Notes: generated by a model from the sequence alone, not told the origin. A stretch of DNA of 40,266 nucleotides from Tolypothrix carrinoi HA7290-LM1 (GCA_019358935.1 JAHHIK010000080.1:1-40266), one strand, 5' to 3'. Counted from the first letter of the stretch, positions 19,275 to 28,871 are shown. A program made the numbers and translations.

Positions 19275-19517
19275 AAACTGCGATAAATGCGTCCAGCCGT
19301 GTATTAAATAGTTGGTTGCGGGTAGGGGCATCTGAGTGGGACGGCTGGACAAGTTTGAGTAACTTTGTTGTACCCCCCGCACGTCCACAGCTATGATGTT
19401 CTACCCCAAAGGTGACATCAGTTATCGAAGCACAACTAAAAAAAACCTAAAATAATAAAGGGTTGATCAACAGTAAATAATTTGCTAACAAACGTTCATG
19501 TATGCTCATATTTACAT

Positions 19518-20094
19518 ATGGCATACATTCCACTCAGACTCATGGGTCGAATTTCTGGGTTTGCATCCAAACACTTTGAGGAAATACGCAGATGAAGGCA
19601 AAATCAAAAGCATTAAAAACGAAGCGGGTCAACGCCTCTACGACGTTGAATCCTATCGAAACAACGCGAATGAGCCTACCGTTATCTGTTATTGCAGAGT
19701 CAGTTCAGCCAAACAAAAAGACGATCTTGCAAGACAAGTCGAGTTCATGCCAGAGCGATACCGAGACGCTGAAATTGTGCAAGACATCGGAAGCGGACTT
19801 AACTTTAAAAGGAAAGGATTGCAAACCCTATTGGTCAGATTTATGCGAGGTGACAAACTTACGGTTGTTGTTGCCTGTCGAGACAGATTGTGTCGATTCG
19901 GATTTGAGCTATTCGAGTTTATGGCAAAACAAAACGGTGGACGGGTCGTGGTTCTCTCAAACCCTGTTCACTGCCCAGAGTCCGAACTCACAGCCGATCT
20001 TCAAGCCATCCTTCACGTCTTCTCTTGCAGAATGCAGTACTTGCGAAGTTACAGCAAGAAAATCAAAGAAGATCCGTCTATCCCTAAGTTCTGA
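19518..20094 (+). pseudogene. tnpA: IS607 TnpA serine recombinase, probable +1 frameshift near the N-terminus
   Basis: MerR-like HTH (LGLHPNTLRKY), catalytic YCRVSS, DIGSGLNFKRKGL, DRLCRFG. The likely start MAYIPLR (ATG 19518) is out of frame with VEFLG; an alternative in-frame ATG exists at 19498. Confidence 0.7.
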
Positions 20095-21163
20095 ACAAAA
20101 AAACCTGCTTAAACAATGGTTTGGAGTTAGTCGTTTTGTTTACAACACGACGATCAAATATTTGCAGCAACCAGATACAAAAGCGAACTGGATGGCGATC
20201 AAAACTGAGATTATTCACGGATTGCCTGATTGGGCAAAGTCAGTGCCGTTTGGGATCAAATCGATTGCTATTAAAGATGCTTGCCTCGCTGTTAAAGCTG
20301 CAAAGAAAGGATTTGGAAAAGACGGACAGATTCGTAAATGTAAATTTCGCAGTCGCAAAGATACAAAACAATCTATCTTTGTTCCTAAGACTGCCGTAAA
20401 AGATTGTGGTATCTACCACTCAATTCTTGGTAAATGCCAACTAAAAGAAGCACTGCCTAAAGCTTTCAGTGATGGACGGGTAACGCTTGCTTATGGTGAG
20501 TATTACTTGGTTGTCTCTGAAGAAGTGCAACCATTTGAGACCGATAACCAAGGTCGGATGGTTGCCTTAGATCCCGGTGTTCGCACATTCATGACTTTTT
20601 TATCAGAAAATTCTTACGGGTGGCTAGGAAACGATTCAAACCTGTTCGTTCAGAAGCTTTGCTTTAAACTAGACAAAATTGTTTCAAAGCTTTCTAAAGC
20701 TACTAGCCAACAAAAAAGACGACTCAAAAAAGCGGCGGATAGACTGCGATGCAAGATCAAAAACCTGGTTAAAGAATTGCACCATAAAGCTGCTAAGTTC
20801 TTAGTAGATAACTTTGATGTTATCCTCCTACCTACGTTTGAGACTTCGCAAATGGTTTCTAAATCCCGTCGCAAACTGAGAAACAAATCAGTAAGACAAA
20901 TGCTTACTTTAAGTCATTACGAGTTCAAAACTTTTCTCAAGTGGAAAGCTTGGGAAATGTCTAAAACTGTGATTGATTGCAACGAAGCTTATACGTCTAA
21001 AACCGTGTCATGGACGGGTGAAATTGTTAAAATCGGTGGCGCGAGAACAATTAAATCTCCCGTTACTGGATACAAAATGAACCGGGATCTAAACGGTGCG
21101 CGTGGGATTTTCCTGCGTGCATTGGTTGATACGCCTTGGTTACAAAGTCATTTGGCAGTGTAA
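19592..21163 (+). CDS. tnpB: TnpB RNA-guided nuclease, pro-Fanzor-type RuvC; true start uncertain (TnpB-like sequence begins near 20055)
   Basis: KKIRL..EQK..LKQWFG.SRFVYN; RuvC-I ALDPG; ILLPTF; NEAYTSKT; RuvC-III NRDLNGARGI. Confidence 0.88.
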   Translation: MKAKSKALKTKRVNASTTLNPIETTRMSLPLSVIAESVQPNKKTILQDKSSSCQSDTETLKLCKTSEADLTLKGKDCKPYWSDLCEVTNLRLLLPVETDCVDSDLSYSSLWQNKTVDGSWFSQTLFTAQSPNSQPIFKPSFTSSLAECSTCEVTARKSKKIRLSLSSEQKNLLKQWFGVSRFVYNTTIKYLQQPDTKANWMAIKTEIIHGLPDWAKSVPFGIKSIAIKDACLAVKAAKKGFGKDGQIRKCKFRSRKDTKQSIFVPKTAVKDCGIYHSILGKCQLKEALPKAFSDGRVTLAYGEYYLVVSEEVQPFETDNQGRMVALDPGVRTFMTFLSENSYGWLGNDSNLFVQKLCFKLDKIVSKLSKATSQQKRRLKKAADRLRCKIKNLVKELHHKAAKFLVDNFDVILLPTFETSQMVSKSRRKLRNKSVRQMLTLSHYEFKTFLKWKAWEMSKTVIDCNEAYTSKTVSWTGEIVKIGGARTIKSPVTGYKMNRDLNGARGIFLRALVDTPWLQSHLAV

Positions 21164-21298
21164 CTTATGTATTTGTTAACAAACGTTAGCAAAAAAGTAT
21201 CGGAAGAATCAGAATAAAAAATCAGCAAGGCAGAAATATTTACCTTGTAAAATTGTTCTTGGAAATAATTTGATTAAACCTTTTAGTTTAATGAATCC

Positions 21299-22876
21299 AT
21301 GCCATCCCTGAACCTGGCGATCGCCCGTCTCGTCAATACCAGCACCGACAACTTTGCCATTTGGGTGGTCAACGCACCCTATCCGAGTGGCTATGTTCTG
21401 CGTGACTGTGTATGGTCTCCACACCTAACTCAAGCATGGATTGAGTGGCAAAAAATGTTTGCTGGTCATGATCGCTTGGATCTTCCCCCCGGATCAACCC
21501 CTCTACCTACCAATCCCCTGACTATCGACTTGGTTTCACCCCCGAATGGTCAGACCGCCGGTCCTTACACTAGTCGTTTGATGCAATACTTGGGAATAAG
21601 TCTGTGGCGCTGGGTATTTGACGGAGCTATTCTCGGTAGTCTAGAACGCAGTCAAGGTATCGCTATGGGTGAGCAGATACCTTTGCGCTTGCGCCTGGAA
21701 ATTCGCGACCCAGACCTCATCGCCCTACCTTGGGAAATTATGCAGCGCGAAGCTGGTCAACCCGCAATTTCGCTTAGTAAACAAGTGTTATTTAGTCGCA
21801 CTACCACGGAAGTAGATCCTCTGCCGGATTTGCGAACAGATCCAGCTTTAAATATTTTGCTGGTTTTGGGATATGACGAGAGACTCCAACTCGAACAAGA
21901 AGCCGATATTCTCAGAAGAACTCTTTGCGATAGTCCTGTAGTCGGTAATTATTCTCAAGGATATGCACCATGTACGGTGACTACACTTTTGCAACCAACT
22001 CCACAAAAGTTGATTCAAGAGCTAGAAAGCAGAGAATATAATGTTTTATTTTATGCCGGTCATGGTCTGCCAGCACCAGATGGAGGTTTACTGTTTTTGC
22101 AATCGGACATGACGCTCAATGGTATAGAATTGGCGCGAGTATTGACTCGCAATAACGTGAACTTAGCAGTTTTTAATGCCTGTTGGGGAGCACAACCGGG
22201 TGCGGTAAATCGCCAAGCTATACCTTCTAGTAGTTTGGCAGAAGTGCTGATTCGTCATGGTGTGCCGGCGGTTTTGGCAATGCGCGATCAAATTCGCGAT
22301 GATGAGAGTCTAAGTTTTATTCAAGCTTTTGCTCAAGCTTTGCGAAAGCGTTTGCCAATTGATGAAGCTGTAGCAGAAGCAAGGCAACATTTATTAACAA
22401 TTTATAAGTTCAATCAACCAGCTTGGACTTTACCAGTTCTCTATCTACATCCGAATTTTGATGGTGAACTGATTAAGAGCTTTGATGAAGGAATTACCGA
22501 ACTGCCAGAAACTGCTATCCCCAGCATAACTTCGTCGGCTCCGACTGCTTGTTTGCGATCGCTTGAAGGAAATGCAACCTGCTTATTGGCAACTGGTGTC
22601 ACCCGCATCGGTCGCAGTGAAGACAATGATATTGTTTTCGCACAAAAGTGGGTTTCTGGGTATCATGCAGAAATATTCTACCGGAATCATTTCAGCGGCG
22701 CTAGTCTCAAGCGAACTTATCACTTGGTAGATAAATCGAAATTCGGAACCTGGATTTTAGGCACTAAGGGTTGGCAAGAAATCCATCGCGAGGAAGTACC
22801 CTTAAAATCGGGAATGCAGCTAAAGTTTGGTAGTTCTAAAGGTGAAACTTGGCAGTTTATGATTGAAGCGAATTAG
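21299..22876 (+). CDS. HetF-like CHAT domain protease with C-terminal FHA domain
   Basis: LPWEIM, catalytic His (YAGHG) and Cys (FNACWG), AVLAMRD, WTLPVLY; FHA motifs RIGRS, VSGYHA, KFGT. Confidence 0.88.
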   Translation: MPSLNLAIARLVNTSTDNFAIWVVNAPYPSGYVLRDCVWSPHLTQAWIEWQKMFAGHDRLDLPPGSTPLPTNPLTIDLVSPPNGQTAGPYTSRLMQYLGISLWRWVFDGAILGSLERSQGIAMGEQIPLRLRLEIRDPDLIALPWEIMQREAGQPAISLSKQVLFSRTTTEVDPLPDLRTDPALNILLVLGYDERLQLEQEADILRRTLCDSPVVGNYSQGYAPCTVTTLLQPTPQKLIQELESREYNVLFYAGHGLPAPDGGLLFLQSDMTLNGIELARVLTRNNVNLAVFNACWGAQPGAVNRQAIPSSSLAEVLIRHGVPAVLAMRDQIRDDESLSFIQAFAQALRKRLPIDEAVAEARQHLLTIYKFNQPAWTLPVLYLHPNFDGELIKSFDEGITELPETAIPSITSSAPTACLRSLEGNATCLLATGVTRIGRSEDNDIVFAQKWVSGYHAEIFYRNHFSGASLKRTYHLVDKSKFGTWILGTKGWQEIHREEVPLKSGMQLKFGSSKGETWQFMIEAN

Positions 22877-22939
22877 CTAAGGGACTCTTTACTGGGGATT
22901 TGAAGAGGGGTGCATGGGTGCATGGCTTCATCCCAATTG

Positions 22940-23135
22940 CCCCTTCTCTATGCACGCGGCTGTGCTTTGTCTGTCGCTTCTAGCCGACGGCAGGTGCAGA
23001 TAGCGTTCGTGACCTCCTGCCGGCGCACTGCCGATGGCGGACACGCTGCTCAAGTCGGGCATTGCCCTGACTGTGCAGGTGTCCGGACCAACGCACTAGC
23101 TCACCAATTGCCAATTACCGCGTTCCCAATTGCCA
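22940..23135. repeat. Degenerate nested small dispersed repeat plus STRR
   Basis: ACGGCAGGTGC, GCACTGCC, GCTCAAGTCGG and CCAACGCACTAGCTC motifs shared with the 11141 element. Confidence 0.6.
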
Positions 23136-23281
23136 ATAACAAATAAATATGATTTATGCCACTATAACTTATCTGAAAAAACCAGATATCACTCTCAAGT
23201 AAATCCAATTTATTTTACGGAAATCAGATTCTTACAGCTGTAGCTGTCAATATTGCTAAATAATCAATCGGGAGACGACAA

Positions 23282-23929
23282 ATGGCTAAAAATATGAACG
23301 CTTCAGAAACTTTCCATCCCTTACCCTCACAATTCGATTTAGAATTGTTGTCAGCTCTGCTGGAACCTGAAGATGCTACTTATCCCTGGAATCTGGCTGA
23401 CGAAGAGTCAGAAATCTATTTTCGAGAACTAGAAGAGCAGTTCGCTCAAGATTTAACAGATGAAGAACTAACAACTCATTCGCAAGCTTTTTACGGAAAA
23501 CTTGACACACTTTGGTCAGAAATTTCTGATTATTCGCACTACAATGATAATACAAAAAAAGTTACATTAGCTAATCTTCAAAAAACTTTACATTCGGCTT
23601 TTGCTGCCAGTGTACCGCAAAGTTGGCTAAACGCGATCGCCCAAAAAGCATTAGAGATGTTAAACACCAGCCGATCAATTGGCGATCAATTATTAGTTGA
23701 GTGTGTTCAGACTGTACTACCAAGTTGGGAAACAGAAGACCTTTTAGTTTTAGCGCGTCCTTACGCTTCTGCCATGCGAGGTAGCGAACCGCAAAACGCA
23801 AAATCTACAATTACGGAGATCAACAATCGAGAGTGGACAGCTTTATCTCAAATCGAACAAGCAAAAGTTAGTTTAGCGATCGCTCACTATGCCTTCACCC
23901 AATTAGATAATTTTCAATCAGAAACCTAA
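23282..23929 (+). CDS. Conserved hypothetical protein, PatU3-like
   Basis: Clean 215-aa ORF with GGAG RBS. YPW motif and C-terminal helices resemble PatU3 as recalled; the similarity is unverified. Confidence 0.7.
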   Translation: MAKNMNASETFHPLPSQFDLELLSALLEPEDATYPWNLADEESEIYFRELEEQFAQDLTDEELTTHSQAFYGKLDTLWSEISDYSHYNDNTKKVTLANLQKTLHSAFAASVPQSWLNAIAQKALEMLNTSRSIGDQLLVECVQTVLPSWETEDLLVLARPYASAMRGSEPQNAKSTITEINNREWTALSQIEQAKVSLAIAHYAFTQLDNFQSET

Positions 23930-24346
23930 ATTGACAATTCGTTTGCATCTCGGTTCATGTGCCAAAGCAGCAGTGTAGCGCTTTCTAGCATTTATGTTGC
24001 TAGTGTAATAGGGCAGAAGGTACGAAGACTTGTACTGTCAGCTTTTAGTTTTTGTCTGAATCCCTGCGTTATCTTTACGCCCTACGTGCCATTCTCAGAA
24101 TCTTTGAATTATCTTTCTCAAGGAATAGCTTCGCCAGCTTATCACAAAATTCAAATAGACGCTAGACAAGCGTCATCTACCCAAAGACATAAAAGATAAT
24201 TGAAGTTCAACAAACGTAGTGCCTTGTAGGTAAAGCATCCAAATAATTCAAAAGTACTAGTCCCCCTTGTCCCCCCATCCCCTTGTCTCCTTGTCCCCCC
24301 ATTCCCCCCAACCCCACTTCGTGGGGACGCATGTGCCCCCCATCTC

Positions 24347-25717
24347 TCATTTCGGTCCGACAAAGCGGGTAGCGAAATTTTGCGATCGCGTTGGAGATAG
24401 TACCCGTGCTTTGAGAATTGCTGCCATCAAAAAGGCGTAAGACAACACCCCAACCACCACCAAAAGTAAGGCATTGATAGACCCTGTTGCGTTCCACAAA
24501 GCGTGGAGTGCTGAAGCGCTAAGATAACCAACAGGCAAAATCTGCCAACTTCTGCGGGGCTTGAGAACAGCCAACCCGATAAAATACCCTAGATACCCGC
24601 TGTAAGCCATGTGTCCGGCAACAGAGCCTAAAATGCGAGGAATTAACAGTTGCAATCCTACTAGTTGACCAGCCGCTATCCCCGATTGTACTGAAGCATT
24701 TTCAGTAATGTAAGGTACATACTGTCCTAAAGTTTCTAATAGTGTGAAACCTACGGCAGAAGCGGTTCCTAGAAGAATGCCATCTAGAGGTTCCCAAACG
24801 CCGACACGTTCGCGTAAAGGCGAGGGTAATAAGCGAGCGATCGCATAAGCTCCTAATACTGGCAGCGCCTTCAGTAATTCCTCCATCAAGCCTGCGCCAA
24901 AAAAGTAACGTACCAGTAACTCTGTGAAGGTGCTTGTATCTTCAAAAGAGGGCAACTTACCAGGTAAGATACCGCGAAATACGAAGATAAATATATCTAA
25001 CAAAGGACTGAGTAAAATCAGCGTAGTCGTTAATGCTGAAGCTAGTAGCACCCACCAAGGCTTTTGTTTGCCGCAAAGCTGATAGACAAAATAGTAAGCC
25101 GCGAAAGCGATGTAAGTAGCGACAATAACTTGATTGGCTTGCGGATGACCTACCGTGGCAAACATTAGTACTACAAAAACTACTGTCAGCATTCCCGGTA
25201 TCAGGTATGCTTTACGAGTTAAATCTTTACCAGTAGAAATAATCGGAAACAGTTGAGTGAAGCTTACAGAATCTGGTTTTTGCATCGACTGGAGAGGAGT
25301 CGCCGGTGGTAACGGTTTAGAAGCAGGTTGCGACATCACCGTTGCTTGGGGGATGATTTCGTACTCAAACAATAATTCTGGACCATCGTAACCTAAAGTT
25401 ATGCGATCGCCTGGTTGCAATTCCTGAGTACCTTGCAAGCGTTTTCCATTTAAATAAGTGCCATTAGCACTATTTAAATCAGAAATTACCCAGCTAAATA
25501 TTGCATCTGCCGATGAAGACACGGGACGAACCACCGCATGACGACGGGATACCATCCGATAGATCATGGCATCGAAGACAACTTGGCAATTGGGGTCGCG
25601 TCCAATTACCGCGTCTTTACTGGCAAGCAGCGAGTAGCGAGATGCCGACCCAAAAGCTGCTTCATTACCAGACACTAGCCGCAGAAAAGCATTATGTCTT
25701 GCGTTTTTCCCTGTCAT
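24347..25717 (-). CDS. FHA domain + PrsW-family intramembrane glutamic protease
   Basis: FHA: IGRD, VSRRHA, DLNSANGTYLNG. PrsW: EELLK, GFTLLET, GHMAYS, LHALWN; multiple TM segments. Confidence 0.9.
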   Translation of the reverse strand: MTGKNARHNAFLRLVSGNEAAFGSASRYSLLASKDAVIGRDPNCQVVFDAMIYRMVSRRHAVVRPVSSSADAIFSWVISDLNSANGTYLNGKRLQGTQELQPGDRITLGYDGPELLFEYEIIPQATVMSQPASKPLPPATPLQSMQKPDSVSFTQLFPIISTGKDLTRKAYLIPGMLTVVFVVLMFATVGHPQANQVIVATYIAFAAYYFVYQLCGKQKPWWVLLASALTTTLILLSPLLDIFIFVFRGILPGKLPSFEDTSTFTELLVRYFFGAGLMEELLKALPVLGAYAIARLLPSPLRERVGVWEPLDGILLGTASAVGFTLLETLGQYVPYITENASVQSGIAAGQLVGLQLLIPRILGSVAGHMAYSGYLGYFIGLAVLKPRRSWQILPVGYLSASALHALWNATGSINALLLVVVGVLSYAFLMAAILKARVLSPTRSQNFATRFVGPK

Positions 25718-26072
25718 TGAGTTAGAATTCGTTTCTCAATTAATTCGCTTAAATTATCACAGCAGCAGGACTTAACCGCAGCCACATCAACAGCAGCATT
25801 GCTAAATACAATATAGCCTCACTTACTGTTAAACAATTATAAATTTATAAATCCAAATTTCAGATAGTATTATCCCTGACAGGTAAGGATTCTGGCTATC
25901 TAAGGTGTAGAAGTGCATTCTTTTTGGTAAGCTGTATGAAGTTATAGCTCATAGTTTATCTGCTTTCAAGCACCCTATTAAAGATTAAATTTAGGCCAAT
26001 TGATTAAATATTAGTAGTCTTAACCAAGACTAATTGTATTTAAAAATATAAAAAATATAAAATTTTGTTGTA

Positions 26073-26102
26073 GTAGAGACGTTCGGTGCGGAACGTCTCT
26101 AC
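26073..26102. repeat. GTAG-type REP-like palindrome
   Basis: GTAGAGACGTTC-GGTGCG-GAACGTCTCTAC; relatives at 32159-32187 and 36138-36167. Confidence 0.85.
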
Positions 26103-26179
26103 GACGATATCAGTTGTTTTTTATTACTGACGAGCAACCTTTGACCACTGATTATCTCAAAATCTATAGACCAAGACGC

Positions 26180-26782
26180 TTAATTCACTTTCGCCACCTC
26201 TAAATGCTCTATTCTAGTACCCAGGAGTTTCAGGAATTCTGCTAGCCATTGGGGATGAGCAAGCCAAGCTTGAGCTGTAACTAAGTTACCATCAACTATT
26301 GCCTCATCAGCCAATACATCTACGTAAGTTCCTCCAGCAAGGCGTATGTCAGGACTACACGCTGGGTAAGCAGTACAACGTTTGCCTTGGAGTACATCAG
26401 CAGCCGCTAACAACTGTAAACCGTGACAGATAGCAGCGATAGGCTTGTTTGCTTGGGCAAAATGACGGGTAATTTCTAACACCATGCGATTCAATCGGAT
26501 ATATTCTGGTGCGCGTCCTCCAGGAATTACTAAAGCATCGTAGGTTTCGGCTTTTATTTCCTCAAATGTGGCGTTTAAAGTAAAGTTATGACCAGGTTTT
26601 TCACTGTAAGTCTGGTCTCCCTCAAAGTCGTGGACAGCAGTCCGCACCTTATCACCTGCTTTTTTATCGGGGCAAACTGCATGGACAGTATATCCTACCA
26701 TTTGCAACGCTTGGAAGGGAACCATCACTTCGTAATCTTCCACATAGTCGCCAACAATCATCAAAATTTTCTTTGTAGACAT
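26180..26782 (-). CDS. DJ-1/PfpI family protein
   Basis: [23 protein letters not shown] nucleophile elbow, VDGNLVT. Confidence 0.92.
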   Translation of the reverse strand: MSTKKILMIVGDYVEDYEVMVPFQALQMVGYTVHAVCPDKKAGDKVRTAVHDFEGDQTYSEKPGHNFTLNATFEEIKAETYDALVIPGGRAPEYIRLNRMVLEITRHFAQANKPIAAICHGLQLLAAADVLQGKRCTAYPACSPDIRLAGGTYVDVLADEAIVDGNLVTAQAWLAHPQWLAEFLKLLGTRIEHLEVAKVN

Positions 26783-26794
26783 ATTATTATTTCC

Positions 26795-27002
26795 TTGGTT
26801 AGTTGTTAGTTGTTAGTTGTTGGGCAATTGTTTAATGGGCAATTGTTTAATGGGCAATGGGCAATTGTTTAATGGGCAATGGCAGTTACGAATTGAGAAT
26901 GAGAGATTCTTTCCATGCCCCATGCCCCATGACGGCAGGTGCTCCACGCAGGTGAACCCCAAGACCGCACTGCCTCCCCCATGCCCCATGCCCCACTATC
27001 CA
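26795..27002. repeat. STRR arrays with a single small dispersed repeat (26932-26976)
   Basis: TAGTTGT, GGGCAAT and CCCCATG heptamers. Confidence 0.8.
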
Positions 27003-27461
27003 CTATCCACTAACTAAATTAAATTCGGCGATCGCTTTCGGAAAATTTTCGTTTTCATGTCCTGGACGACTAAGTTTAATTAGGGAAAAACGCTGCAAGG
27101 GAGTTAAATCTTTCCACTGTTGGGGTGTGATGCTTGTACCTATTTCTTGAGCTTTTTGCTGAAGGCTATCTGGTACATTAGTCGCATCCATCCACGCGGG
27201 ATGAGGTTCGATAAATAATGTTGCCGGTGGTGTGCCGCTACGTTGTAAAATCAAATTCTCAAGATACTCGCGATAAGCTTGAATTTCGCTTTCTGTGGTG
27301 CAAGGTAATTCCACTAAAGCTTCACGTTCAACTTGCGTCATATGACTCCAATCGGATAATTTCAGCTTGATACCACAAGTATCGAGTTTGTAGCGCACTT
27401 GCATGGGAATGCAACGTAAGGAATCAACAAAATCTGCCTCGAATTTAAAAAAGACTGCCAT
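27003..27461 (-). CDS. narM: Nitrate reductase associated (maturation) protein
   Basis: FEADFVDSLRCIPM.VRYKLD.CGIKLKL and LQRF.LIKLSRPGHEN.NF; located downstream of narB. Confidence 0.92.
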   Translation of the reverse strand: MAVFFKFEADFVDSLRCIPMQVRYKLDTCGIKLKLSDWSHMTQVEREALVELPCTTESEIQAYREYLENLILQRSGTPPATLFIEPHPAWMDATNVPDSLQQKAQEIGTSITPQQWKDLTPLQRFSLIKLSRPGHENENFPKAIAEFNLVSG

Positions 27462-27487
27462 AATATTCCTACGATGATTTAATCTTT

Positions 27488-27937
27488 TTATTTGGAATTA
27501 CTGTAACGAATAATCCAATAACTTATTGATAAAGCGAAAATGGCAATTGCCAGTCCAATTACTTCAATTCCATCGGTTTTTTCTAAATCGAGTATAATAA
27601 TTTTTCGAGATACAGCAATCAAAGAAGTTACAATAACCAACTCAACCTGAACAACGTGTTTTCGCAGATAAGCTGTGATATTTTCTAATATTTCTAAAGC
27701 AATTAAAATATTTAGAAATAAACCAAATATTTTAAATAATGTTCTGTTTATTTCACCATATGCTGTTGTAAAAAGTTCTTTAATCAGAAGCACTCCTAAG
27801 TCAAAAATCGCTACTAAAATTACCACTACCATCGCAAAAGATAAAACTTTGGAAACTATCACCTCTATGCTTTCAATGTGGTGCATAAAGTTGTCATCTT
27901 TGGTAGCTTCTTTAAATTGCCTGAATAGCTTCCACAT
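27488..27937 (-). CDS. Phosphate-starvation-inducible PsiE family membrane protein
   Basis: IALEILENI, VELVIVTSLIAVSRKII; four TM segments. Start at ATG 27937 by comparison with the partial copy starting at 29049. Confidence 0.85.
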   Translation of the reverse strand: MWKLFRQFKEATKDDNFMHHIESIEVIVSKVLSFAMVVVILVAIFDLGVLLIKELFTTAYGEINRTLFKIFGLFLNILIALEILENITAYLRKHVVQVELVIVTSLIAVSRKIIILDLEKTDGIEVIGLAIAIFALSISYWIIRYSNSK

Positions 27938-28336
27938 CTTCTGCACCCCCCTGTGAAGTAAAAAGTGAAAAGCAAAAACAAAAAAGAAAAACCCCATAGA
28001 TAAATCTATAGGATGGAAAAAGGATGCCTTACCAATTCGCGCTTTGTATTTAGAAGGCGCTTTTTTCTTGTCTTGCATATCTCAAACTAGGAGACAGTCA
28101 ATAGTCAATAATCAATAGTTACAAAAACTATTGACTATGAAATATTCACCAATTCCCCGGATCGCCAAACATATTGTGGTGTATGTCTAGCAGCTTATCA
28201 TTCTCCGGGTGGCAGTTGATAATGATTATTTGAATGCGTAATATTGATTAATACAGAACGACTTTGAGCCGCCCTGTATTTTATCTGTACTTTCGTTAAT
28301 AAATGCGTTAGATTGTCACCAAAGGTGGTAAAGATG

Positions 28337-28871
28337 TCAGCCGACACCACTGGTTAATGAGACTTGCTTAGGCAAGGTATTAACATTCATGAAGAGGGGA
28401 AAAGGGGGACGCACTGCCTCCCCTTTCCCCCTCCTGTCTGGTAATTGGCACTAGTTGTACGGCACAAGCTTTTAATTCTGGTTGCAGTGAGTCGGGGCAA
28501 GATTCTGGATGGGTGAGAGCGTTTGCTTCCGAATTTTCTGCCCACAGCGCACAGAGCGTGCATGGGGACAAAAACTGTACCGGGTGCGATCGCTCTGGTA
28601 ATTTTAGCCGGAAATTTGGATTTTCCCCGACGCGATCGCACGGACACCCACTTTGAATCTTTAATATTCAACTGTGCCGCATCACTCTTGATGAATCTCA
28701 ATAAATGGTTCCGGATGAGGAGAGCGAATTTTTTCAATGCGATCGGTGCTTTGTTTGAGTGTGCCAATGTCCGTAAAGTCTCCCAGTTGTCAGCACAAAG
28801 GGATAATCAGGATCGTCGGGTGGTTCTGCTAGTCCAAAGCAAGTGATATGCACCAAATCGAGCGCGTCCAT
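28337..28871 (-). pseudogene. narB: Degenerate 3' fragment of narB
   Basis: Aligns with 31635-32113 (GRARFGAYH...[14 protein letters not shown]) with several +1 frameshifts and a repeat insertion near 28390-28440. Confidence 0.92.

Larger units (their letters stand above)
19463..21203 (+). mobile_element. IS607-family insertion sequence (tnpA serine recombinase + tnpB)
   Basis: GG at both inferred junctions (19461-19462 and 21202-21203); subterminal direct repeat ATTTGYTAACAAACGTT at 19480-19496 and 21171-21187; no HIP1 site seen inside. Confidence 0.88.

Noticed and set aside
27938..28078. N-terminal extension of the PsiE-like ORF
   Set aside because: A-rich leader; the paralogous fragment starts at the position equivalent to ATG 27937.
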